A program made the position numbers and the translations under genes. A DNA stretch of 64,000 bases, from contig NC_068989.1 in NCBI RefSeq assembly GCF_001194135.2, forward strand, positions 1,039,846 through 1,103,845, read 5' to 3'. The notes beneath the pieces were generated by a model. The model did no database searches. It saw only the letters and a program-made list of their open reading frames with translations, and was not told where the DNA came from. Origin of the DNA: Octopus bimaculoides. Its lineage: Eukaryota. Of this stretch, positions 33,802-48,800 are shown piece by piece. Each line of letters starts with the position of its first letter. Position 1 is the stretch's first letter.

Positions 33802-36800
33802 TTCTCATACAATTCCACCTGCTCAGGCTCCGTCGAGAGTCTAATAAATCAATATTTGTCAAACTGAGACCGTATTGAAATGAATTGCTATCCGAGTTAC
33901 TGAGAGTAACCTCCCTTAAATGCAGCCTCTCCCTGTATCCCGTCTAGTGTTATCCCTGGTTACTTAGCACCCAGATTATAACTGTCTGATGTGGGTTTTG
34001 GTCACTCGTTACAGTATTAAATACCCATAGAAGGGTTTATAAATTGCTTCTCGTATAGATAAATGCAAAATAAAGATTTGTATATAGTTGTTGTTTTGGC
34101 CCCGACTTTAGACTAAATAACAATAGCCGGAGTGAATTTAATCTGCTCGATCAGACCTGTGATCAAATGTCTTCCAGAGATAGCTACCCCATCGTATTTT
34201 CAGGAATAATGTATCCAGGACTGTATTATCCTTTGTGTCTTTCTTTTTTAAGACGGTAGAGCGTGGTCTGAGGGACATGTGCTTGCTATTTCTAACAAGT
34301 TGAACGATCGCTTCTCTGAGTGCTTGATTTGTATTCATTTGTTGTTCGAAAATCTTACAGATTTCCGCTTTTTGACGGGAACGGAGGTAATGAATTCAGT
34401 GAAGCTTTCAAATGACATTATGAAAAAAAAAAATCATGGTTATTGGAACTCCGTCTTTATGCTGTTCTTGGATTTAGGACTTGGAGCATGTGGTTCCCAT
34501 TTTCTGCGAGGCTTGGAGCTTATTGGGTCAGTTGAACAGAAAATAAATGACAAAGTTATCATCTTCGTTATTGTTAGATCTGCTAGAAATCGCAGTCAAA
34601 TTACTTCAAATCACATCCTATCATCTTTAAAAAAGAGAAGACACATTGGATGACGTAGTATCGGATGAATGAATCAGCTAATGTTCATGGTTTGAATGGT
34701 TTTGATTATATGTCTACTTGCTTAGAGATGATTCGGGGTTAAACAACCTCTGTAATTATAAATGTTCATAGCAAATGATTAGGAAAGAGAATCCATTATA
34801 GTTAGATGTTGGTAAGCTTAAGAATGAATTATTAAAAAAATCTCTACTAAAAGCACCATGTGTGTTGGGTGCTGCTGCTGTCTTTCCTGCTAAATGTGGA
34901 ATTCATGGAACCATTTCCCCATGTTGCCATCTTCTCACTATGTCAGACTTCTTACTCAATATCTAACTGCTTCGTTCTATCCAATAACTGTTGGTATTAC
35001 ACCTGAAAATCAGTAAAGACTGTTAAGACACATAAAACTTTGCAGTTTATGTAAGACTGAATAATTTTGCCATCATAAATATGACATTATCAAAAATATT
35101 TGTGAAATATTTACGAGTAACAACAACAACAACATAATGTTGAATGTTTCTTCCAGAGTTGATGTCGTTTAGCCCTGAGTCAGCTTTCATTAAGCAGACC
35201 AATGATCAAAGGTTTTCTAGCCTCAATCATCCTGTCTTTCTAGGGTAACTGCGTCTAAATTATCTGATATGGTCTCTTTTTTTCTAAGACAGTAAGGATT
35301 TGAGGAAATTTGTCAGCTGTTTCCAGCAATTCAAGCAACCACCCAAGAAACATCTTACTGGTTCATCTTTCATAGTATTTTGTTGTTGCTGCATACTTTC
35401 AAGATACTACAGGACTTGATACTAAATTATGGTAATTTAGTAATACTTGACATCTCTCTCTCTCTCTATTCTCTATTTTGATAGGTCAAGCTGCTGTTTT
35501 CATCAGAATGTAGATCATAAAATCTAACGAAAATCATAAAACCAGATGATCTACAAATTGCTTCTTATATCACAAGGAACATATAAAGCATTAAATATTC
35601 CCAAATATCAAAGTTGTTTTACTTGAGTCTCTTTGAAAATAGCTGCTCAGGTCTGGTCTCGTGGAATGAAGCAACAAATAATTTCCTACTTTTAGCTCTG
35701 TGCAACATCCAGTCTATTATGTGTCATATTTCTGCAGCATCTAATTGCAACAGTCGGACAACTGAAGAAGTAGAGAGTAATCGTTCAGTTTGGAAACGGT
35801 TGAAGTGGGTTTCATCTCAGACTTGAAAGTTTGATAACCTTATCTACTTGGCTGTTTTGATTTTACAGTTGAAGTTGCAAAGAATGGTCAATTAGTCTAA
35901 TAATATACAGACCAGAGGAAAATAAATGTTCTGAAACTAATATCAGATATTGCTTTGTAAACATTTTCTGAAAAATGCTTCTTATAAAGGCACTTAATTT
36001 AGCAAACAAACAATTATAATTTAATGAAGCAAAAATGTTGTGTCAAACTAAAAATTCAAACTCTGATGCTGTGGAATGTTGATAGGAATTTAATTTTATG
36101 TAAATTACATTTTCTAACCTTAGTAATTACTATAATGTATTAGTTTAAGAATATTTATTTCCATTGTTGTAAATGCATTTTGAAGATATAAATTTTGCTG
36201 TATGATATTAATTTTAACTCAGATCTTCTTACATCATATATAACAACAGAGAATATTTGACATCTAAGTTAGAGATTAGTGAAATGCAACCATGGCACTG
36301 GTTCCACTAGGACTGTAGTAACACTTGTGAAGAAATGAATCAGGTATAATATTGGGAGATAATGATAAAACCATGGTCCCCAAATAAATAAATATGACCA
36401 TTAGGATAAACAAAGAAGGAGCTGATGTTTGTTCTGCTCAGAACAGAAACAATCAGAAACTTATTTTTAAATGATAAAAATCTGGAAACATTAAGAAAAA
36501 TTCCAGAAATGTTGAAAATGATTTATTCCTGTTAACCAGAATGATTTGTAGAAATAGTTCTTTGGTGGAGTGAGTTGAATCAGTAAAATTTCAGACTGGC
36601 TGTTTCTAGTATTTGTAGCTTGATCGGTCATTATTTCAGATTCAGATTACACTAGGGTTGAGTTTTTTTTAATACCACTCATCATCATCATCATCATTTT
36701 ATGTCCGTTGTCCATGCTGGCATGGGTTGGACGGTTTGACCAGGGCTGGCAAGCTGGAAGGCCACACCAGACTCCAGTCTGATTTGACATGGTTTGTACA

Positions 36801-39800
36801 GCTGGATGTCCTTCCTAATGCCAACCACTCCGAGAGTGTAATGGGTGCTTTTATGAGCCACCAGCACAAGTGCCATTTGCGTGGCACCAGTATCTGCCAT
36901 GACTGATTTTACTTGGCTTGATGGGTCTTCTTCTCAAGCATGACATAATGCCAAAGATCTCGGTCATTGCCTCTGTGAGGCCCAACACTCAAAAGGAGTT
37001 TTTCATGTGCCACCAGCATTGGCCATTTTGCCTCCACGAGACCCAATGCTTGAAAGGTGCTTTTTATGTGCCAGTTACATGACACTAGCATCAGGCACGA
37101 CTATGATTTCAGTTGGTTTGATGAGTCTTCTCAAGTACAGCACAGCTTGAGAAGACCCATGACTAGAGTAAAAAAAACAAGTACCAGCAATATACAAGGG
37201 TTGATTTTCTTTTGATTAAGCATTATAACAGATCAAAGAGGTAAAATAAACCAACCTTTCTATTTAAATAACCTACAACAACTAGAGATAAAACATTTGA
37301 CAAAAGCCAGTATAAATTACATCTAACAGGTATTTAATATTAGGTACAACCTTCAACTAAAGGATGCTAGATGGCTTTCAATACTATCACCGAACCTGTG
37401 GATGAAAATTTCAATAAAGGATACTTTTAGTTTTGGAATAATGATTTAGAATTAATTTTTATAATTAATGTGAGAGATAAATGGTATTGGACTGAATGAT
37501 TAATAAATGGTAGGCAGCTCTCTTCTTTGATAAAAACACTGCTAAATAGTAATAGCATGATCACAACAGATATAAGAGAAAAATATAACAGTAAGGAATG
37601 GTTACTCTTCAAATATAACATCCAGAAAACAAATTCTTGTGTCTGTGTGTGGGTGACTTAAAGCTATGAATGTATATGCTGCAGACCTTGTATATTGAAA
37701 GCAAAAGTTGAGGAACTGTTTGTGTTGTCTGCCTACACAGCACAGAGGCTGGCAGTTGAATGGTCTCTGAGAGAAATTTATCTTACAAAAACAGTTCAGT
37801 CACTCTAAGAAATTGTCAGTCGTGCCAACAATAAAGAATTTTGATTGGTTGAAAAACAATTAAACAGTCTGGTAAATTGCAATTTTGTATTCTCTTTTAG
37901 ATCAAGAGATAAAAATATGTTGTAAAAACATGTCATGTGACCTGCAATAATGACATAATTGTCTGAGCCAATTGTATAAAATACAATTGACATAATGATG
38001 TGTATCTAAGATGTTTCTGGGTGCAAAATTAGAAAAGAATAAAAAAGTATGGAAGGAGAAAGAGAGTAGAATACACTCCAATGTCAAAATAACAAAATAC
38101 AGGATTTGGAAACTAGTTTGTCCCAAATCAGAGCATTGGTCTTAGCTTTAAAGATGGTTAGTTTTTGTAAATCAGGTTCTTCCCATAAATACCTGCCATT
38201 CCAAAAAAGAACACCAAACAGGAAGCTACATCAGCAACTGCTTCATAGAAGAGTTTTCTCAAGAGAACAGACATAATCACAAAAAAAAAAAAAAGGTCCA
38301 GCAAGAGATTCCATGTATCATCTCAAATATGAGAGAAAAGATCTTTTTCTTTATATCATGTGAAGAACCAATAGGATGCCATTAAAAATGAAACTGTAAA
38401 CAAATTTTCAGCTCATAAATTCTTCGACTTTGTTAGGTTTTTCAACCTTCTTTTCAAATGGTTTTTGTCTCATGCATTCATTAATATTCCCATACATCCT
38501 TGCAAACTGATGCTTCAACTCACCTTGTAGCACCACCTAGTCATATCTTCACCATTATCTATCTCTTGCGGCTTGTACTCTTTATTTTCTCTTCCTCTCC
38601 CTTTCCCCCTACAAGAGGTGATCTTCTACAAGAACATGCGTTGCATCCTTTCTCTTAGTTCAATCTCTTGTCCATAAAGATGAAGCTGATTGTCCCACCC
38701 CTCCAGGGCTCATAGTTCTGTAGGCTGTATCGCAATTTCAATAGTGCAGGTGGCACGAAAAAATCACCAGTCCACACTGTGAAGTATTTGGTGTTAGGAA
38801 GGGCATCCAGTTATAAAAACCATGCTAAAAGTAGACATTGGAGCACAATGCAATCCTGTCATATTTGATCCTGTTGGACCATCCAGCCCATTCTCGTATG
38901 GAGCATAGACATTACAGATGAAGATTATGAGCACATACATATGCACACACAAACACATGAACAAAATAAAACATGATTTCCAGTAACAATCAAATGAGGT
39001 TCCCCCCCCCCCCTAAACAGCCCTGGTGGAAAATGTTTTCTACTAGAACTGAAAATATGCCTTCTCTGTGAAGACAACCTAATCGTTTTCAATATTGTAT
39101 CATTAACTTGAATCAATAAACCGATCACTTTATTCCTCTCTTCTTGCTCAAATTGCTGTGTTATACCGTCTTCCAAATATTGAGTTCTTTTTAAGCCGTT
39201 ATTTCTTCAAAATAAATTGTTTCCGTCTCATACTTAAAAAGTACTTCGAGACATCTTGCAATATCTTTTGTAAATGTATGTTAAATGATCACTTCAAAGG
39301 AATAGGTTACTTAACTCTCACACACACACGTTTGTGCGAAAACACTGAATGTTTGTTTGGCATAGCTTTCCATTTCTGGTTTCACGAGCCAATACTTTAA
39401 GAGTCAACTAGGGATACTAAAAAAGGCCGACACCTCAGTTTCGAGTTTAAAAAAAAGAAGAAGAATTCCTCTGCATCCAAGAGTAGCTGGATAGATGGAA
39501 GCATTACCCACATACTAAGTAATATACGGTGTAATAGCTTTTTATTACAGAATTTAATTTCAGACATCGCAAAAGAAAATCCATAGAAGTTGTGATAAAT
39601 ATGAAAACCACGATCTGCCAATGTGAATCATCTACAGATGCAATTGACACATTACGCTTTACCTCAAATTATTGCGGAAATATAGAGATTTATTTTGTCT
39701 TTTAACAGTAAGCTGCCCGACAAAGAAAAACTAAATTGTAAGCCATAACTACTAGAAATCAGTTCCAGAAGCGTTTTGTCCCTTGACTGAAGAACACAGA

Positions 39801-39862
39801 GGAGGAAGATTCTTTAAAACCTGGTGGTTAGCAGTGCCCTCTGGAGAGTTATTTCCCTTAGA

Positions 39863-39875
39863 AGCCAAGATGGCA
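39863..39875 (+). promoter_or_regulatory. YY1-like / Kozak-overlapping motif at the UBR3 start codon
   Basis: GCCAAGATGGCAG contains CAAGATGGC, the YY1-type motif often overlapping start codons of housekeeping genes. Sequence match only. Confidence 0.3.
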
Positions 39876-42800
39876 GGCGTCAGCCCAGAGCTGGCATCTC
39901 TGATGAAAAAAGGGAAATCTGCCATAGCTGCCCACTTTAAGACGGCATTCGCCGAGGATAAATTGTTAAACGAGTTATTGAACACAGTGTTCAATCCGGA
40001 AAAGGCAATTGATGACTATGAAAATCTTGAATGGTATCGTTTCCTGATTGCTGGTGGGAAAAAGTTCGACGATTATGCAAACCTTGGTTCGTAAACAAAT
40101 CCTTTCGGCCCCGACACCCCGAAACCACCCCTTATCTATTCCCAATTAATCCATGTTTTATTCTGTTTATTTAATCTAATTTGTTAGTATTTTATAATTG
40201 ACAGTGTGCATTGTAGATTTGTCTATTAATTTCGTGTTCATCTATGAACAGACTGCTGTGAATGGTTCCATCCTGAAGCCTTGTATTTAATGTAATACGC
40301 AAATGTAATTCGACTGACGTACTTAGAGGTAACAGACACATTCACGAACACGGACAAATATTCATTGACTCCTACACGCATACAAACATTTATACATGTA
40401 ATTGTTATTATATGTCACAGACTCTTTTTCTCCTTTTCCATTTATATAATCTGTGTGAGCTTGGATGGAATATAACACGACACGACACACAATCCTGTAT
40501 AAATACGTTGTTTGTCTTTTTTTTTTATTTTAAAAAAGTATCAGTCAACAGAAAGATTTTTCCCCCATTTGCTTTAGTGTGTACGTGTTTGTCTAGTTGT
40601 ATAAACTGGATCTATAAATATGCTAGGTTATAGGCATTCGTATCTAGCTTTGGTGTGTGTGTGTGTGTATACGCGCAAGCATTGTATAAGTTTATAAGAC
40701 TTTTAATCGTGAAAAACTATGAGTATGGCTGTTTAAAACCACCGTTTAATTCACTCAACTCTGTTTTACTAAAACCGAAAAAGAAAGAAGCTGCCGTCGG
40801 GCTGCGACAAGTTGCAATACTGTTCCATGTACTTGGGGTTATGTTGTCAAATTTCTTCGGATGTGGTTAACACGTACTTCTCTCTTTACCAAACATAGTT
40901 ATAAGTAATTGCTTCTGCCGATGTTAATGCTGAAAACGGTTTCTTGGAATTATAGTTTTAGGTGAATTGGAATTTTTTATAAAGTACAAAATCACATTTT
41001 GTACACTAGGAGAAAGAATTGTCTTCAATATAATGTTGTTAGTTAACTTATCCACTTCGGACGTGTACAAAGTTGACCTCAAAGGAATTTTCACTCGAAA
41101 CTAAATACCGTAATATTTCGGCCGTCTGTACCATCCTAAAATGACATTTAAAAAATCTCGTCCTCAAACGTGTATGTAATACAGAATTATTGTCTCTCTG
41201 ATGTGCGGTTTCAATCTCTGCCAGTTTCCCAATGAAACTAAATCTTAATGTGATTGTAAAAAAGTAGAATTCGAGGAAATATTGTCTACTTGATGCATCT
41301 CCATCATTCTTAGAAACTAAATGAAAAAGGCCCCTTCGCATTTACTCAGCTTGCTAGAAATAGCAGCTAAATCTCTCGAATAACATCTTAGTACACATTG
41401 CATAATGCAGTCCGATATACACAATATTGGAAAAACAAATGGGATGGTCGTGGTGAGAACCCCTTTGATAATAGGTTTGCTCAATCGGTGTTGACCTTGA
41501 GTTAACTGCAATATAAAAGTAACTTGTGTCAAAAATAATTTTTTTGTTTCATTTGATTCCTTTTGGTTCAATTTTGGTTAATTCTGTCTTCGAAACCTTT
41601 GAGATTTGATGTAACACGCGATTTAAGTCGGCCAAAGTAGAGAATAAATGGAACCAGTTGACGTTGATTTCCTGTTACCCCAGTTTCCTCACTTTTCTAG
41701 AAAAACAGCTGGCTGTAAGCATGTGGATTTAGTTGCTGTAAATAGAGTGAAATAGTTTTGATTATTAATAGTTATACTAAACAGTCACAGACATGCAATT
41801 TGAGTTTTGAATCTAATGCTTGCACTGATATGTATAATGGGGTGAGACTAGATCAGTGGTACCCAGCCTGGGGTCCGTGGACCCCTAGTGGTCCTTAAAG
41901 GTAGTACTGGAGATCCATGAACTAAATTCAAAACTTCATATATACATATATGCACACATAAGAATAAGCATATTAAAAAGGGGTCTGTGGGAAAACTTAG
42001 ATAAAAGGGTTGGGAACTACTGGACTAGATAGAGGCTGGAAGCATTGTGCTGCAAATAAAAGACATCTGGGGCAGAAGTAGACCATAGAAGGAGATAGTG
42101 GAAGAAATTTCAGGTTTCTGAGATTCAGAGATGTAAGATTACACTGGATCAAAAGGAGTGGTCATATACTACCGTTCTGTCTTGACCAGGGTCCATATAA
42201 CCTTTGGGGGCCCATAGAAGATTTTATTAAAATTTATGTTTAATAAATTGGTCATATCTCTACGATGCATAAAATATTTTAGCAATATTTTTTATACAAT
42301 TCCTAATAATATTTGCTTATAAAAATATAATTGGATTTTTAAAACATCAAACGGCTATGGGGCTCCACCCAAGTAAAAGAGAACCAAAGGTGTCCATCAG
42401 CTAAAAATGGTTGAGAACCATTGGTCTAAACATTTTGTTTAGGACAGGTATAATTACCAACACAGGAACATGTATCATACATTATAATGAAACTGGTCCT
42501 CTGTGGATCACATCCCTACTTCTCAACATAGTCACCGTTTCTCTCAATAACAATGTTCCACCTTCGAATGAGAGCATGTATCCCTGCCCCGTAAAATTCT
42601 GTCGATTGTGCTTTGAGCCACTTCTTCACTACAATTTTCACTTCCTCGACACTGGAATAATGTTTGCCTCTCAAACCCTCTTTCATGGGGCTGAAGAGAT
42701 GATAGTCTGACAAGGAAATGAAAACTGTAGTGAAGAAGTGGCTCAAAGAACATAAATAAATTTATTCCCCCCACCCCATTAAAAGGTCAAATTTCCTGCC

Positions 42801-45800
42801 TGTTTCCAAGTCTCCTTATTTTTGTTTCTTCCAGTGCGTATTTATGACAATGCGACAACATGTGGCCTTGTGTGGACTGCAAATTTTGTGGCCTATAGGT
42901 GTCGTACATGTGGTATAACACCATGCATGTCACTCTGCTCCAAGTGTTTTCAGGCTGGAAATCATGAGGGACACGACTACAACATGTTCCGCAGCAAGGC
43001 TGGAGGAGCTTGTGATTGCGGAGATGCCAGTGTTATGAATCCTGCCGGGTGAGTAATATTCCAGGATTTTTCTCTTGTTCTCAATAAATGTTTTTAGATT
43101 TGACTTTTAGAAATAAGCACTTGGCCAGTTAATGCAGGAGATGATATGTCAGTGATTGAATTGAACCAAATACATTAATTTTATCAAACCTGGAGAGAGA
43201 GGAGCGTCTAGTTCTCCCTTGTGGATTTTAAATTAAAAAATGCAGGACAATGCCAGAGACTTTCTGGTAGTTAGACATTATCACTTTTCACTTTGCCAGC
43301 CAAGATAGTGTTTCTATACTTTGTTTTTACATTGAACCCACAACCTTGTGGTCTAGCCATATATTTTACTACATATTTACTTACTGAAGGCGGTGAGCTG
43401 GCAGACACGTTAGGACACCGGGCGAAATGCTGAGCGATATTTCGTCTCTCTTTACGTTCTGAGTTCAAATTCCACTGAGGTCAGCTTTGCCTTTCATCCT
43501 TTTGGTGTTGATAAATTAAGTGCCAGTTGCATACTAGGGTCGATCTAATTAACTGTCCCCCTCCCCCAAAAATTTCGGGCCTTGTGCCTAGAGTAGAAAA
43601 GTATAGATTTACTTACTTAGGCTCATCGTCTTCTATGGAGCCTAGACCGTTGATGACATTCTTACCACTCTGCTCTGGGCTGCCAGGGTCACTCCCTCTA
43701 TATGTGTATGTTGGTGGGGGTGTACCCTTGAGGGGTAGCCTTCCTCTTTCATATCTTGTTGGTTTTGAATTGTCGTTGTTGCATTTGTAACTTTGCTTTT
43801 TTCTAAGTAGGGCTGTAGACCTTCCTCAAACCCATTTTTACTCCTGCAAAGTGGTAGTCCATATTAGTTTGGTCTCTGTCCTTAGCCTTGTTCATTATGG
43901 AAGCCCTACCAAAGAGCTTGTGTTCCACTGGCTTAGCTCTGACGGTCGTTAAGATATACAAACCAACACACTGCAGCAAAGACTGCATCTTGTCCTGGAT
44001 GTCTTAGGAGACATTTCAATCTGATTATTGTCCTCAACTCTAGTAGTATTAATAAAATATTACTGCTATTCTTCCCATAACTTATGATACAAAATTCTAA
44101 TTTTTTTCACTTTCAGTCTTCCAATCAAAAAGCTTCTATTCAGCTATTTGCAATATATTTTCTCAGATATCTTCTTTGCCAACACAAATAATAACAGCAT
44201 AATTCAACTGAAAATTAGGCTCGATTTTGTTAATTCTATCTCTGGCTTTTATGTCCCTGGCCTTTTCAGTGAAAGATAACTAAATATTTTTGAGATAATA
44301 CCAATTTAATTTGCTTGTCCAAATGCCTTGCTTTAAGATGATATCTCTGTAAAAAAGAACCCCCTGTTTTTATCTTACTTGGCTAAACTTCACTCAACAG
44401 TCTTGGCATAAAAACAGGCAATATTTTTCTCTTTTTAGTTGATTTATTTTTGTTTTATGTAAATATTTATTGAATTTTATTGTCATCTCATTGAAACAAT
44501 TGAGTTTGCTTATTTCTCTAAACAGGTTTTGCTCCCGCCACCTTCCTGGACCGAACCGATACCAGTTGGTTCCTCCACGTGAAGTGATGGCACTACCAGA
44601 ACTAGTCATGCCACGACTCTTTATCCGCCTGATATACCATTTAAGAGAATTTGCTAAAGTAGGTCAGTATCACATGGTATTAATTGTTCAAAATTTGATG
44701 TTTTAGTTAAGAATTAGCAGTATCATTGTTTGGTGTTTGAATATGTTTGTCATATTTCTTATAATGATGAGGGATAATTTTCTCCATGCCTTCAATTGAT
44801 TGCAGCTTAACCAGGAATACCATCATCCTCGTAGTTTCCCATGAGTTTTCCCAGGCTGGCAGAAGAGTTGGACAGATCTCATAGTATCTCACCACACCTT
44901 GCTATCTTATTATCTGGCCAAATTTGTGCATCTTTTCCAATGATCAGGATGTATTTGAAGTGGTCTGTAGCAAGACTAAAGAGCCACATTTATCCTGTAT
45001 CAACTTTTTTATTGGAATTATTACCCTCCTGAATGGGTTGTTGCAGAACCGATCTGTGTTTCGATGATTCAAATTTTGGTGTGGTTGCATATGTATATTG
45101 TGCTTTCCATTTTTGGTATAGTTATACATATGTGTTTGTGTGAGTCTGGATGTCGTTGGAGAGTAGTCCAAAGTGACATAAATACATTCTAGAAAACAAA
45201 ATGAGTTCGAATCTCATCCTCGTCACCAAAATAACTCTGTTATGTTTTAAACCGAATTATCAACTTGAATGCCAGCCAATAATGGGGTTATTTTGGTAAC
45301 GAGGATAAGATTCGAATTCATTTTCTTTTCTAGAGCAATATAACACTTAGTAACAATGAAAGGATAATAAAGAAAAGAGGGGCTGATCACACAGCCTTGC
45401 TGGATACCTAGCATCTCTATTAAATTTGTATCAGCACTCATGCAAATTGTTTGTAACCCTTTCACAAGTCCTTCATCTACACCCACTTTCCTTATTACTG
45501 ACCAGATAACACAGTGATGGTCATGCCCCACAAACTGTGTCTGTCTCAGATTTACCCTATTCTGAATTAACTTTATTAAAATTCTTTCTGCTAGATCCGA
45601 GGCTTGGTATATTAGTTTGAGATGTAATTGCTATTTTCTTGTGCATTTCCTTAAGCCTTTTAGAAGTTGATTATATTAGTCATTAGGGATAAAAACTTGT
45701 TCTGTTCTACTCAAAATACAGAGCTTATCGCACAGCTTCATAGTCTCAGGCTTAAACATCTTAATCCGCCAGGCTTGATAGATCTGCTGCCATTTTCCAG

Positions 45801-48800
45801 TATTTTGGGTTTCATAATCATATGTTTTTCTTTCTTGTTTATATTACTAATTATTTTTCTTCATTTTATTTTGATTCCGCTTCTCAGAGGCTGCCGATAT
45901 CAGTCAGATAGCAATGCAGGATGCAGACTCTTATTTAACCTTCCTGCACAGTCTTTGTGAGATGGGTGCAGTCATGATGAAGCAGATGGGCAAAACTCTT
46001 ACTGATTCTGTAATCTATGAGAAATTCACTCAGAGTAAGTCACATCACTTTAACATTCACCAATATCATCACCACCACCACCATTATCATTGTCAACACC
46101 AACATTATTATAATTCATAACATTTCCACAATTACTGGCACATTCTCTGCCACTAACCACCCAATTCATAATTGCTATTATTATTTTGGTTTGGCTCAGG
46201 TTCGGTTTTATTCCTGATAGTATTTATGTGGGTAGCAGGTCACTACTTGTAGCCTTAGGTATCCACAAGTTTTCAACAGTCTTTCAAGTGCTTAGAACCC
46301 TCCTGATAATTGTTGCTGTCCCTAAGAGACAAACTTTCTGTAGGAGCTCTACCAGGCATTCTGCTCCAAATCATTATTATCATTTTTTTTTACTTTTAAT
46401 CTGCATGTTTGTTACAACCACTTGCCGAGGCACACCCAGCATCCTGGGGCGAGTGAAGGATAAGAGATGTTACAGTATGATCGAAAGTTTGGGGAGGGGA
46501 TGTGGCAGGGGCAGTTGTGAAATATCTTTATGTAGTTGTTGGCCTTGTGCCAAAATTTGAAACTAATAAATCAATTCTCTTCATCATCATCATCATCATT
46601 TAACATCTGTTTTCCATGCTGGCATGGGTTGGATGGTTTGATATGGAGCTGGCCAAATATAAAAATAGCTGAGTTGAGATAGAAAATATAAGAAACTAGA
46701 TTTACATATGAAGTTGCAGTTTGGAGTGACTGCCAGAGAATGTATACTAGAATCGGTTATTTAGTAATTTAGTAAGCAATGGGTAAATGGGTTGAGCCCT
46801 ATCAGTGGGCCGGTCCCTCTTTTCTCTCCCAAATCAGTGCTTATAGTAATTCGTATCACTCTTTTAGCAATTAATACTTCTAGAAGAAAAGATTGTTTTA
46901 AGAATTAATCTCAGAAATTAAAACATAAGAAGCCTCCATGCAGTCATTAGACCTGCTAGAAATAGAAGACAAATCTTCCTTAAATTAGACCTTATCAAGT
47001 AAAAAAAGAATACATTAGATAGCGTATTCCATGACATAGAAAAAGTTGAAATGATTACAGCTATAATGTCTTTGATTAATCGGAATTATTCAAACACAGC
47101 CAAACAACAACAGCAACCTCATACAGCTGTTGTTGTGTTACAGTGTTTGCTTTCTTGGAAATTGCATTTTGGAATTCTCTTAGGTGACTGTTATATCTGT
47201 TTGTGTGGTTTAGATGTGTGTGCATGTTTTTTCCCTTTAAAACCCTTTTCTTCTTTGACTTCTGTATGAATATAATTTGAAATGGTTTCAATTTCAGGTG
47301 AAGGTTGTTACCACTCAGAAAGCCAGAAAAATTATTTACAGGCCGTGAAAGAGATGACTTATCCTCCATCATTTGATATCTTTAGCAGTAAGGAATCTTT
47401 CTTTTCATTACTTCTCTACTACGGAATCACTAAAAGATTAAATTTAAAACATATTCAGAACTCAAAGATTAATTTAAACTTGACTTTTTTTTTTACTTCT
47501 TTTTCTAAATTTATTTTGTGGTTTGAAATTTCTTGACACTCTTCAAAGAATTCTTTCATTTCTTCAATAGATTTAGTTCCTCATCAGTGGAACCATCCAT
47601 TTATGACATTATTTATTTTACTGGCATGAGAACAACAATAAAGAAAATTCTTCCAAATTTGGAATTCGTTTTAAAGACATTTTCTGCCTCTCTCTGTTTA
47701 TTCGATGACCTTCATGAACCTATCTTTATATTCTCTACAGACAAAATCTATTTAGACCAGAAACTAGTGCACACCACAATCTTGGATGAATTAGTCTTTT
47801 GGATGGTCAAGTTGGAATTACCACAGAAGATTGTTACATTATTACTAAGTCTTCTGCCAGATGACCATTACAAGGTAAGCTTTTGAAAATTCTTCCCCAT
47901 CAGTAAAATGTTCCAAACACACCGACATCAATTGTCAAGTGATGGTAGGCGGATAAACACACATATATATATATACAATGGGCTTCTTTCAGTTTCCATC
48001 TCCCAAATCCACTCAAGGCTTTGGTCGGCCTGAGAATGGGCTTCTTTCAGTTTCTGTCTATCAGATCCACTTGTATGGCTTTGGTCAGCCCAAAGTTATG
48101 GTAGAAGATTCCTGTGAAAGGTGCCATGCAATGGGACTGAACCCAGAACTATGTGGTTGAGAAGCAAGCTTTTTACCACACAGCCACACCTGCAACTACT
48201 CCAGTTTCAACCAACCCAGTTTTTTTTTTCCTGTCCAAATATCTTTGCTCTTTTAAGATGTCATTTGAGAGAGATTTGGCAGGGAAAGCGTCTGTTTAGT
48301 AGTTGATTGATTTCCGTGACTTGTCTTATGTAAACCGTGACAAACAGTAATACCAGTTGTATGCTGGGGATACACAGCATGAATTGAGCACTGATGGAAT
48401 CATCATTACTGGTAACCAGTGATTTAGCATATTTACGAACACTCCTCACCGAGCATATTGTAGCTGCTTCCGCCATTGTTGCGTCCCACTGAGTACCATC
48501 TTCAAGCAGGCCATGTTTAAGGCAGATTTTCTATATTTGGGTGCCCTTTCTGTTGCCAACCCTCGCTTGTTTTTTAGCAAAGTAATATTTCCCCTCCATG
48601 CCCAAACATGTTCATGCAGAATTGTGGAAATAGGGGAAACTGCATGTATGACAGTGGCACTCATTTACAGCTGTCATGTGATGTCAAAACAAGGAGACAG
48701 CAACACACACACACACACAAACACACCTTTCAATTTCTGTCTCCCAAATCAACTCACAAAGCTTTGATCAGCCCTGGACTATGGTAGAAGACACTTGCCC

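Noticed and set aside
34279-34653. 124-aa ORF with FLDLGLG resembling a SAM-binding motif (checked because METTL5 neighbours UBR3 in human)
   Set aside because: No other methyltransferase motifs (no NPPF), TTG-type start inside a SINE fragment, and no METTL5-like exons found between BBS5 and UBR3.
39783-39869. N-terminal extension of UBR3 suggested by the ORF track
   Set aside because: Starts at TTG; the ATG at 39870 has a strong context (GCCAAGATGG) and is the more plausible start.
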